Source: Bacteriovoracaceae bacterium (GTDB taxonomy: Bacteria; Bdellovibrionota; Bacteriovoracia; Bacteriovoracales; Bacteriovoracaceae). Taken from it: a stretch of DNA of 64,000 nt. The notes under the pieces were generated by a model. It saw only the letters and a list, made by a program, of their open reading frames with translations. It was not told where the DNA came from and did no database searches. The translations under genes and the position numbers were made by a program. The stretch lies in NCBI GenBank assembly GCA_028378565.1, contig JAONMX010000002.1:8966-72965 (forward strand). The letters are read 5' to 3'. Below, one piece after another: positions 44,492 to 53,468 of this stretch (positions are counted from its first letter, which is position 1; the number at the start of each line of letters is the position of its first letter).

Positions 44492-47116
44492 ATGAAAGAA
44501 CCAGCACCAAAAACTATTTATTTAAAAGATTACAAGGTACCAAACTTTCTAATTGAGACCATTCACCTAACTTTTGATCTTCATGATACAGCTACGAAAG
44601 TAACGACTAAGATGAAAATTAAGAAAAATAGTGACTCAAAAGAAGGGAATGATCTTTTACTAAATGGAGAAGAACTTAAATTTGTATCGGCTGAAGTTAG
44701 CGGTAAAGTTCTTGATAGCTCTCAATATGATTTACAAGAAGACACACTAACAATTTTAAATGCTCCTGATTCTTTTGAGCTTGTCATCAATAACGAAATT
44801 GATCCAACAGCAAATACTGCGCTTGATGGTTTGTATAAGTCAGGTGATATTTTTTGTACACAAAACGAGCCTGAAGGTTTCAGACGAATTACTTACTTCA
44901 TGGATCGTCCTGATGTCATGGCCAAATTTACCACAAAGATCATTGCCGATAAGAAGCTCTTTCCGACTCTTCTTTCTAATGGAAATCTAGTAGGTGAAGG
45001 TGATCTTGATAATGGAAGGCATTGGGTTGAATGGGAGGATCCATTCTTAAAACCGGCTTATCTCTATGCTCTTGTAGCCGGTGACCTAGGTATGATCCAA
45101 GATACTTACACAACAATGAATAATAGAAAAATTGATCTCAGAATTTACTGTGACAAAGGAAATGAGTCTCGTTGTTTTCATGCCATGGAGTCTCTTAATA
45201 AATCCATGAAGTGGGATGAAGATACTTTTGGTCTTGAGTACGACCTTGATATCTATATGATAGTTGCAGTGGACTCATTTAATATGGGCGCTATGGAAAA
45301 TAAAGGTCTTAATATTTTTAATAGTGTCTACGTGCTTGCTAATCCAGAAACAGCAACTGATGATAACTTTCTTGGTATTGAATCAGTAGTAGGTCACGAG
45401 TACTTCCATAACTGGACAGGAAATAGAATCACATGTCGTGATTGGTTTCAACTCACTCTTAAAGAAGGTTTAACTGTTTTTAGAGATCAAGAGTTTTCAT
45501 CTGATCTTAATGATAGAACCGTTCAGCGTATCCAAGATGTAGCACGTCTTCGTGGTCATCAGTTTGTAGAAGACGCTGGTCCAAATGCTCATCCAATTAA
45601 GCCTGACCACTACATGGAAATTAATAACTTCTATACCGCTACTATCTATGAAAAAGGGGCAGAGGTTATTCGTATGATTCGTACTTTTCTTGGTCGTGAT
45701 GGTTTTAGAAAGGGAATGGATAAGTACTTTGAGCTCTTTGATGGACAAGCTGTAACTACTGAAGACTTTCTTCATGCAATGAGTGTTGCCAATGATAATC
45801 TTGAGCTTACTCAATTTAAAAATTGGTATAAACAAGCGGGCACGCCTGAAGTCACTGTTAATTGGGAATACAAAGAAGGAAGTATTTTACTTACTGTTGA
45901 ACAAAATACTCCTGCAACACCTAATCAGCCAGTAAAAGAAGCTTATCACTTTCCACTTGGAGTAGCACTCTTAGAAAAAGATGGAAGCTCCGTTTTAAAA
46001 TTAGATCTGGCTTCTGAAAATGGAGAGCAACCTCAATTAGATAATGGAGTTCTTCATATAAGAAAGAAAAAAGAAACATTTTCGATTAAGGCAAATGAAG
46101 GAGCTCTTCCAAGCCTTAATAGAGGCTTTACTGCTCCAATTAAGCTCATCGTTCCATATACGACAGAAGATTACCTTTTCTTAATGGCAAATGAATCGGA
46201 TGCTTTCAATCGCTATGAAGCCACTCAAGTTTTAGCGAAAAAAATGATTGATGATATATTAGAAGGTAGAGAAGTTGATTCGAGATACTTTGAATCTTTT
46301 GAATTGCTTTTAAATGATAAGAATTTACCAGCAGGGATCAAGGCCCTTTGTTTATCAACTCCTTCTCTTACCATTCTTCTTCAAGCTAAAGAAGTTTTAG
46401 AAGTTCATAAAGTTGATAAGGCCAGAAGTGAGCTAAGGGCCCTTATTGCTACCAAGCTTGAGAGTTCCATCATTAATCTTTATCAGTCTCTTGTTAATGA
46501 ATTAAAAGAATACAATCTGGATGGAGATTCAATTGCTAAAAGGTCTTTAAAGAACACTCTTCTAGGATATATTTCGAAGATGGACTCTCAGAAAACTCTT
46601 GTTTTTGATCAATTTGAACAAGCGAATAATATGACAGACGAAATTTCAGCTTTTTCAATTATTTGTAATCTTGATGATCAGAGAACTCCAGTTGCTATCG
46701 ATAAGTTTTATAAGAAATGGAAAGGGGATACTCTTGTTATTCAAAAGTGGTTATCAGCACTATCTTCAAGTTCGCTCGATTCTACTTATGATAAAGTTCA
46801 AGAGCTTGAAAAAGACGCTGTCTTTAATTGGAATGTTCCAAATCTTGTACGCTCTGTTTACTGGGCCTTTTCAAGTAATAAGGTTCAATTCCATCATGAA
46901 TCAGGAAGAGGTTACGAACTAGTGGCCGATAAAATTATTAAGCTAGATAGTATTAATCCACAAATTGCTAGTCGAATTGTGACTTCTTTTAATGACTACA
47001 AGAGAATGCCAAGTCGTGCTCAGGCCCTTATGAAAACTCAATTGGAAAAGATTGTTGATCATAAAGGAATTTCAAAGAATGTTTATGAAAGAGCTGATAA
47101 CGTTTTAAATAGTTAG
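44492..47116 (+). CDS. pepN: Aminopeptidase N (M1 family)
   Basis: GAMEN exopeptidase motif, HEYFHNWTGNR zinc motif, a downstream LKEGLTVF Glu, and 874 aa. Confidence 0.95.
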   Translation: MKEPAPKTIYLKDYKVPNFLIETIHLTFDLHDTATKVTTKMKIKKNSDSKEGNDLLLNGEELKFVSAEVSGKVLDSSQYDLQEDTLTILNAPDSFELVINNEIDPTANTALDGLYKSGDIFCTQNEPEGFRRITYFMDRPDVMAKFTTKIIADKKLFPTLLSNGNLVGEGDLDNGRHWVEWEDPFLKPAYLYALVAGDLGMIQDTYTTMNNRKIDLRIYCDKGNESRCFHAMESLNKSMKWDEDTFGLEYDLDIYMIVAVDSFNMGAMENKGLNIFNSVYVLANPETATDDNFLGIESVVGHEYFHNWTGNRITCRDWFQLTLKEGLTVFRDQEFSSDLNDRTVQRIQDVARLRGHQFVEDAGPNAHPIKPDHYMEINNFYTATIYEKGAEVIRMIRTFLGRDGFRKGMDKYFELFDGQAVTTEDFLHAMSVANDNLELTQFKNWYKQAGTPEVTVNWEYKEGSILLTVEQNTPATPNQPVKEAYHFPLGVALLEKDGSSVLKLDLASENGEQPQLDNGVLHIRKKKETFSIKANEGALPSLNRGFTAPIKLIVPYTTEDYLFLMANESDAFNRYEATQVLAKKMIDDILEGREVDSRYFESFELLLNDKNLPAGIKALCLSTPSLTILLQAKEVLEVHKVDKARSELRALIATKLESSIINLYQSLVNELKEYNLDGDSIAKRSLKNTLLGYISKMDSQKTLVFDQFEQANNMTDEISAFSIICNLDDQRTPVAIDKFYKKWKGDTLVIQKWLSALSSSSLDSTYDKVQELEKDAVFNWNVPNLVRSVYWAFSSNKVQFHHESGRGYELVADKIIKLDSINPQIASRIVTSFNDYKRMPSRAQALMKTQLEKIVDHKGISKNVYERADNVLNS

Positions 47117-47125
47117 ACGAAGCAA

Positions 47126-47713
47126 CTAAAAGATCATTGAATAATTTGCTGCCGGAGTAATGGCCTTTATCCTAACAGGGTAAGGGCTAAACTCTGCGAT
47201 ATGCTGACCAAATTTTATATCAGCTTCACTTAATCCATTTTTAATATAAATCCCTTCACCATCATCTTTCATGGCAAGAACTTCAATGGATGGGTGAGTA
47301 TGGGAGATGACAACTTCTTCAATGGTAATCCCACGTTGGCGAGCCTTTAAAATTAAATTGGCCATGGCCTTTTTAAAGTTCTGAGTAGGAAGGTAACCAC
47401 GCATGGATCCTCTGTAGATTTTACTTTCAATGATTTCATTTTGAGAATTGATAAGAGTTATCTGACATACTTCTTTTGGGTAGTAACTAAGAGTACTGGC
47501 TTTTAAAAGTTTCTTATCTGCTGCTTCGTTCTCTTTAACTTCTTGGTTATGATATTCATTTAGAGCTTTAATTTCTTTCCAAGTCAGGTGGTATATTTCA
47601 CTGACTCCTTTAGGTAATCTAATATCTCTAAAAAGTTTCCAAATTAAGCTTAGTGCTGGCATTGGACCTCTAAAATTAAATATATGATTGAAATTGTAGA
47701 CTAAATTGAACAT
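47126..47713 (-). CDS. Hypothetical protein with a weak JAB/MPN-like H-x-H...S-x-x-D pattern
   Basis: ISHTHPS...NGLSEADI. The spacing is longer than in the canonical JAMM motif. The start codon is uncertain. Confidence 0.35.
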   Translation of the reverse strand: MFNLVYNFNHIFNFRGPMPALSLIWKLFRDIRLPKGVSEIYHLTWKEIKALNEYHNQEVKENEAADKKLLKASTLSYYPKEVCQITLINSQNEIIESKIYRGSMRGYLPTQNFKKAMANLILKARQRGITIEEVVISHTHPSIEVLAMKDDGEGIYIKNGLSEADIKFGQHIAEFSPYPVRIKAITPAANYSMIF

Positions 47714-47806
47714 CCTGTTCTCCTTTAGTTACTTATCGGTAATGAGAATCGTTGCTTCAGTGCAATTGGCCTTAAGGCTTGAAAGCGGAAAAAAGGTGCT
47801 ATTTTA

Positions 47807-48715
47807 GTGGAGAAAAGCTATATAATAGTCACTATGACAAAGCGATTTAGTAGGATTTATATTGAAGTTACCAATATTTGCAATCTTAATTGTTCCTTTT
47901 GTCCTATTGATCAACGTGATTCAGATGTTATGCCTGTTGAAAATTTCTCTAAAATTATTGCGCAATCATCTCCATTAGCGAATCAAGTCTGCCTTCATCT
48001 AATGGGGGAGCCTTTGGCCCATCCTAGAATTGATGAAATACTAAAGCTTTCTGCAAAAGAAAACTGTCCTATTCAGATTACAACTAATGGTGTTTTACTT
48101 TCAAAACATTCAGAACTAATTTTTAATTCTAAAATTGTCAGACAAGTAAATATCTCACTTCAAAGTTATATGGATAATTATCCAAATAAAGATTTTTCTG
48201 ATTACTTAACTATGATTGATACTTTTATTAAGACAGCAAGTAAGAGAAGACCTGATCTTTATATAAACCTTAGACTTTGGAACTTAGATGACCAAGAAGG
48301 CAATAAAGAAAATAATAATGAGAACGAAAAAGTATTTCAGTTCTTTGAGAACTCACTACAGATTAATATTAAGAGAAGTGTTGATGTTGGGGGAATAAAG
48401 TCTAAGAAAATTGCACCTATGCTCTACCTTCATTTTGATTCTCGTTTTGAATGGCCACGAATGGAATTGCCTCTGCAAGGTAAGGTTGGCCGTTGTAATG
48501 CCCTTAAAGATCACATTGCTATCCATGCTGATGGAACAGTTGTTCCTTGTTGTTTGGATGATCAAAAAATATTAAAACTTGGAAATTGTCTGGATGACGG
48601 CCTTGAAAATATTTTAGAATCTAAAATGGCAAAGGATATGAAAATTGGATTTGAAAATCATGTCTTAGTTGAAGAGCTTTGCCAGCGTTGTAGTTATATC
48701 AAGCGCTTCAAATAA
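47807..48715 (+). CDS. Radical SAM enzyme with a SPASM/twitch-like C-terminal cysteine cluster
   Basis: CNLNCSFCP (CxxxCxxC) near the N-terminus. The C-terminus has GRCNAL...VVPCCLDD...GNCLDD...LCQRCSY. The start may be the ATG at 47834. Confidence 0.85.
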   Translation: MEKSYIIVTMTKRFSRIYIEVTNICNLNCSFCPIDQRDSDVMPVENFSKIIAQSSPLANQVCLHLMGEPLAHPRIDEILKLSAKENCPIQITTNGVLLSKHSELIFNSKIVRQVNISLQSYMDNYPNKDFSDYLTMIDTFIKTASKRRPDLYINLRLWNLDDQEGNKENNNENEKVFQFFENSLQINIKRSVDVGGIKSKKIAPMLYLHFDSRFEWPRMELPLQGKVGRCNALKDHIAIHADGTVVPCCLDDQKILKLGNCLDDGLENILESKMAKDMKIGFENHVLVEELCQRCSYIKRFK

Positions 48716-48740
48716 AAAAAGACCCAGTATTCACTGGGTC
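48714..48740 (-). terminator. Rho-independent terminator for the reverse-strand gene
   Basis: GACCCAG-tattca-CTGGGTC hairpin followed on the minus strand by T7. The hairpin overlaps the stop codon of 48739..49329. Confidence 0.6.
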
Positions 48741-49329
48741 ATGTTTCACTATGAACCTCTCTCAATATTCCTTGAATAGCGTACGCAGTTTCTTTCATTG
48801 ATTTGAAGTATCTTCTTCTTGTTCTCTTTGTTTTTCCTTTAGCATCTTGATCAAAAAGGTGATTGAAAAGTTTCTTTATTCTTCTCTTTCCACCAAGATC
48901 AAGAATCGAATGAGCAAGATATCCAACAAAGACAATTGGTGCTTTCACAACATCAACGACAACACCTGCTGCAAAAACCGGAACTCCAAGTCCATTACCA
49001 GTCCAAATGAGGGCAAAACCAGGAAGCATTCCAATAGCACCAATCGTACGATATGTATCCTTAAGTCTATCATTTGAAGCATCTCTTGCTTCTTTGGATA
49101 AGTCCGCAGGATTCACTTGGTAGAGACTTGTAAGGGTATAGAAATCATTTCCACTATCAACATTAATATCGAAGGCCACACAGGTTTCTTGGTTGTATTC
49201 AGTACAAACAACATAAAGCTTTTCCTTGCCACTTTTTACAACTCCACCAAAAACATCATCTATATTGGCAAATGTGTTTGTTGATAGAAGCGTAAGGATA
49301 GCCGTCATTAAAATAAATATCTTTTTCAT
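48739..49329 (-). CDS. Secreted hypothetical protein, paralog A of a tandem pair
   Basis: I prefer the ATG at 49329, preceded by a GGAGG RBS. It has a signal peptide, a central Gly-rich hydrophobic segment and a strongly basic C-terminal tail. It shares motifs with 49411..49995. Confidence 0.6.
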   Translation of the reverse strand: MKKIFILMTAILTLLSTNTFANIDDVFGGVVKSGKEKLYVVCTEYNQETCVAFDINVDSGNDFYTLTSLYQVNPADLSKEARDASNDRLKDTYRTIGAIGMLPGFALIWTGNGLGVPVFAAGVVVDVVKAPIVFVGYLAHSILDLGGKRRIKKLFNHLFDQDAKGKTKRTRRRYFKSMKETAYAIQGILREVHSET

Positions 49330-49410
49330 AAATCCTCCCAGATTTAGATTTGTTTCAGTGAGAGGAAAGTACTGTGGATGCTGCAAAAGCACATTGCTCT
49401 AGGTCAAGAT

Positions 49411-49995
49411 TTAGCGTTTATTTTTAAAATCTCTCATTCCATTTCTAAGCAGAGGAAGAAGCCTCTTGCTCATTTTCTTTGTTTTTCCGCGTTTATTAGG
49501 GTTCATGATAAACCTCATTGCTTTCTTTGCTCGAGCAGGGTTTCTTGTGTCGATCAGCAGTGCCTGTAGAATTCGTGTTGTCCAAACAACGGGTGATTTT
49601 GCTAAATCAATGGCTGAAGCTCCTATGTAACTAGTAACACCAAAAGGTTTACGTTCCTTAATTCTATTGTAGGCCTTAGTTCTAAGGTAATAATGAGCAT
49701 CTGCATATTTATCATTTGAAGCTCTATTCATACGTCCCGCGGTGAAGTTTGCAATCTTACTTAAGTCTAAATCATCGATATCAATAGTTAGAGTCTTTTC
49801 ACCGGCCCTTTCAGGACGATCGTAATAATAGAAGGAGAACTCAGTACATTTGTCATCATTGAGATTTAAGCAAGTCGCTACTAAACGACGACCTTTTTTA
49901 TCGACAACGCTACCTCCATAAATATCTAGATCATGAGCATGAATACTTGTAAGAAAATTTGATAATACAAATGAAATTAAAAAGAAATGTTTCAT
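49411..49995 (-). CDS. Secreted hypothetical protein, paralog B of a tandem pair
   Basis: Shares D(V/I)(F/Y)GG.VV.K.G..L...C......C..F, D(V/L)(V/A)K(A/S)P(I/V)V and (K/R)GKTK(R/K) with paralog A. Confidence 0.6.
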   Translation of the reverse strand: MKHFFLISFVLSNFLTSIHAHDLDIYGGSVVDKKGRRLVATCLNLNDDKCTEFSFYYYDRPERAGEKTLTIDIDDLDLSKIANFTAGRMNRASNDKYADAHYYLRTKAYNRIKERKPFGVTSYIGASAIDLAKSPVVWTTRILQALLIDTRNPARAKKAMRFIMNPNKRGKTKKMSKRLLPLLRNGMRDFKNKR

Positions 49996-50086
49996 ATAAA
50001 GCCTCTCTCACTTTATAACTCCCATGGGGTTTATAACAGAGAAAGGCTTTTATTAAATGTTATTGAGTAAGAATTACAATTCACAT

Positions 50087-51112
50087 TTATAGAAGAATTG
50101 ATTTGCCTTCTGACTTTAGATCTTTAATGGAAGCGATAATTCTTTCAGTCATGCTATTTTCAGCAGCTTTTGACCAAGCTCTTGGGTCGTAGAATTTCTT
50201 ATTTCCAACTTCACCCTCAACTTTTAAAACTTTATTATAATGCTTGAACATATGATCAACTACTGGTCTGGTATAAGCATATTGAGTGTCAGTATCAACA
50301 TTCATTTTAACAACTCCATAAGTAAGAGTTTCATGAATATCTGAAAGTTCTGAACCAGAACCACCGTGGAAAACAAGCCAGTGACGTGCCTCTTTACCAA
50401 GCTCTTTTTCAACAGCATCTTGTCCATCTCTTAAAATTTCAGGACGAAGCTTTACGTTACCTGGCTTGTAAACACCATGAACATTTCCAAAAGTTGCCGC
50501 ATACATAAAGCGTCCTAATGGAAGAAGTTCTTTAGACATTTTTACCATTTCTTCTGGAGTGGTATAAAGTTTATCTGCTGGAGTATCTTCATTATTCACC
50601 CCATCTTCTTCTCCACCAACAACGCCGGTTTCAACTTCTAGAATGATTTCATTTTTAGCACATCTTTCTAAAAGTTTTTTAGCGATCGCAATATTTTCAT
50701 CTAATGGTAGAACTGATCCATCAAACATATGTGAGTTAAAAAGGTTTGGTTGTCCAGCAGCTCTTCTCTTTTCTGTTTCTTCAATAAGAGGAATCATGAA
50801 AGAATCAACATGTTCTGGGTGACAGTGATCAGTATGAAGGGCAATACAAATATCATATTTTTCGGCCACAAGATGGACGTGTTGAGCAAGAGAGATAGCA
50901 CCAATGGCCATATCATTTACGCCTTGTCCGCTAGCAAACTTTCCGCCTCCTGTAGAGACTTGAATAATTCCATCTGTTTTCATGTCACCAAATGCTTTGA
51001 TGGCAGCATTGGCAGTTGAGGTTGAAGTGACGTTAATTGCTGGAAATGCGTAACCACCTTTAGCTGCTTTATCAAGCATTTGGCAGTACTGTTCATAATT
51101 AGCTACTGGCAT
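50087..51112 (-). CDS. fba: Fructose-bisphosphate aldolase, class II
   Basis: MPVANYEQYCQMLDKAAKGGYAFPAINV..., HTDHC, FHGGSGS and DTDTQYA motifs. I prefer the ATG at 51112, preceded by a GGAGGA RBS. Confidence 0.9.
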   Translation of the reverse strand: MPVANYEQYCQMLDKAAKGGYAFPAINVTSTSTANAAIKAFGDMKTDGIIQVSTGGGKFASGQGVNDMAIGAISLAQHVHLVAEKYDICIALHTDHCHPEHVDSFMIPLIEETEKRRAAGQPNLFNSHMFDGSVLPLDENIAIAKKLLERCAKNEIILEVETGVVGGEEDGVNNEDTPADKLYTTPEEMVKMSKELLPLGRFMYAATFGNVHGVYKPGNVKLRPEILRDGQDAVEKELGKEARHWLVFHGGSGSELSDIHETLTYGVVKMNVDTDTQYAYTRPVVDHMFKHYNKVLKVEGEVGNKKFYDPRAWSKAAENSMTERIIASIKDLKSEGKSILL

Positions 51113-51286
51113 AAATTCCTCCATAAGTTTTGTTCGAGACTTTTATACCTGAGCGAGATTGGTTTTGCTATACATAGTGCTCATGAACAGCGCGTTAACA
51201 GTAGAATTTTGTTGGAAAATATTGCACTTTCGTAAATATATTTATAGTTTTAGAGTCTTCAAATATTTACATCCCCTGAGGTTGAT

Positions 51287-53338
51287 ATGCTTATGAAAGT
51301 TGCAAAAAGATACACGATTAAAAATACCGATAAAGATACATTAAAGCAGTGGTATTCACTTTTATCACTAGGACGTAAGTTAGATGATCGTGCTCCTAAT
51401 TACTTAAAGCAGGCCATTGGTTGGTCTTACCATGCTCCTTATGCTGGTCATGATGCTATTCAAATGGCCATCGGACAGGCATTTACTCTAGGTAAAGATC
51501 ATCTCTTTCCTTACTACCGCGATATGATGACTTGTCTCTCTGCCGGAATGAGTGCTGAAGAAATTATTTTAAATGGGATCTCTAAAGCAACTGACCTTGC
51601 TTCAGGTGGTCGCCATATGTCGAATCACTTTGCAAAGCCTGAGTGGAATATTCATAACGTTTCATCTTGTACAGGTAACCATACTCTGCACGCTGTTGGT
51701 GTTGCCAAGGCCATGAAGTATTATAAGCACGAAGGTGTTTCGATTTCCTCTCAGGGTGAGTCTTCTGTTTCTGAAGGTTATTGTTATGAGGCCATCAACG
51801 GAGCTTCAAATAAGAAACTACCTGTCATCTTTGTATTCCAAGATAATGGTTATGGAATTTCAGTTCCTAAGTGGGAACAAACTGCCAACGAAATGGTTGC
51901 TGATAATTTCTCAGGTTTCAAAAACCTAAGAATTATTCATTGTGACGGTAAAGATGTTTTTGATTCTATGAATGCCATGGCAGAAGCGAGAGCACATGCT
52001 CTTGAAAAAGAGGAACCTGTTATTGTTCATGCTATGTGTGTGAGAATGCATTCCCACTCTAACTCTGATAAGCATGAATTATATAGAGATGAAAAGGAAA
52101 GAGAAGAAGCTCTTGCTCAAGATCCTCTCAAGCATTTTAGAGAACAACTTCTATCAAATAAAATTTTTACAAAAAAAGAATTAGAAGAAATTGATAATGA
52201 AGCACAAGCTCAAATGCTTGATGCTCATAAACTTTCTATGAAAGCTCCAAATCCAGATCCAGAATCTATTTATGATTTTGTTATTCCTGAAGCGCATACT
52301 TCAACAAAGTATCCTGAAGGGGTGAACGATGGAAATACTGGTGAAGAGATGAAGTTTATTGATGCCCTAAATTCAACTTTAAAAGCAGAGTTTAGAGCAA
52401 ACCCAGATACTTTTATCTGGGGACAAGATATGGCCAATAAAGATAAGGGCGGAATTTTCAACGTTTCCAAAGGAATGCAACAAGAGTTTGGTTATGATCG
52501 TGTTCATAGCGCTCCAATTGCAGAAGATTATATCTTAGGAACGGCCAATGGATTCTCAAGATTCAATCAAGAAGCCCACATTGTTGTTGAAGGTGCTGAG
52601 TTTGCTGATTATTTTTGGCCTGCCATGGAGCAATTTGTAGAAACAACTCATGATTACTGGCGATCGAATGGTGCCTTTTCTCCAAATATGACTGTTAGAC
52701 TAGCTTCTGGTGGTTATATTGGTGGTGGGCTTTATCACTCACAAAATATTGAGGCCTCACTCGCTCCACTCCCAGGATGTCGTATTGTTGTTCCGGCGTT
52801 TGCTGATGATGCAGCAGGATTGTTAAGAACTTGTATGAAGTCAAAAGGGTTGAGTCTTTTCTTAGAGCCTAAAGCACTTTACAACGCAAAACAGGCCATG
52901 AGTAAAGTTCCTGAAGACTTTGAGGTTCCGTTTGGAAAATGTCGTGTAAGAAGAGAGGGAACAGACCTAACTGTTCTTACTTATGGAAATACAGTTCATC
53001 ATTGTTTAGATGCTGCTGAAAAAATCTCTACCGATCTTGGTAAGAGTGTAGAAGTTGTAGATCTTCGCTCACTGAAGCCACTTGATGAAGAGGGAATTCT
53101 TAAGTCAGTGGCCAAAACGAATCGTTGTCTTGTTGTTCATGAAGACAAAGTCTTTGCAGGCTTTGGTGGAGAGTTAGTCGCTCTGATCAATGAGAAAGGT
53201 TTTGAAACTCTAGATGCACCTGTTAGAAGACTTGGTAGTGAGAATACTCCTGTAGGATTTAATCGTATTTTAGAAAAAGCAGTTCTTCCAAATAATGAAA
53301 AAGTCTATCTAGGAATGAAAGACATTCTTGAGTATTAG
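51287..53338 (+). CDS. Thiamine-diphosphate-dependent 2-oxoacid dehydrogenase E1 component, fused alpha/beta
   Basis: 683 aa. A TPP motif (QGESSVSEGYCYEAINGAS) is followed by transketolase-like Pyr and C-terminal domains. No E2 or E3 gene lies in the window. Confidence 0.8.
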   Translation: MLMKVAKRYTIKNTDKDTLKQWYSLLSLGRKLDDRAPNYLKQAIGWSYHAPYAGHDAIQMAIGQAFTLGKDHLFPYYRDMMTCLSAGMSAEEIILNGISKATDLASGGRHMSNHFAKPEWNIHNVSSCTGNHTLHAVGVAKAMKYYKHEGVSISSQGESSVSEGYCYEAINGASNKKLPVIFVFQDNGYGISVPKWEQTANEMVADNFSGFKNLRIIHCDGKDVFDSMNAMAEARAHALEKEEPVIVHAMCVRMHSHSNSDKHELYRDEKEREEALAQDPLKHFREQLLSNKIFTKKELEEIDNEAQAQMLDAHKLSMKAPNPDPESIYDFVIPEAHTSTKYPEGVNDGNTGEEMKFIDALNSTLKAEFRANPDTFIWGQDMANKDKGGIFNVSKGMQQEFGYDRVHSAPIAEDYILGTANGFSRFNQEAHIVVEGAEFADYFWPAMEQFVETTHDYWRSNGAFSPNMTVRLASGGYIGGGLYHSQNIEASLAPLPGCRIVVPAFADDAAGLLRTCMKSKGLSLFLEPKALYNAKQAMSKVPEDFEVPFGKCRVRREGTDLTVLTYGNTVHHCLDAAEKISTDLGKSVEVVDLRSLKPLDEEGILKSVAKTNRCLVVHEDKVFAGFGGELVALINEKGFETLDAPVRRLGSENTPVGFNRILEKAVLPNNEKVYLGMKDILEY

Positions 53339-53468
53339 CGACACGTGCAAATTACAAAGTAATTTGACGGCTCGGAACTTACGTTCCTCATTACCGTAAT
53401 GAACAGCAGTAGCGATAGTGCTCTGCTGTGCATGGGCGGAACAAACAACTTTTTAATTAGAAATATCC

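Noticed and set aside
45497-45835. 112-aa antisense ORF within pepN; similar antisense ORFs at 41759..42094, 40413..40682, 53754..54029 and 59206..59505
   Set aside because: Each is fully contained in a well-supported gene on the opposite strand. They have low-complexity or odd composition and no RBS context. The 59206 ORF's poly-Gly is just the reverse complement of the FecR protein's poly-Pro tract.
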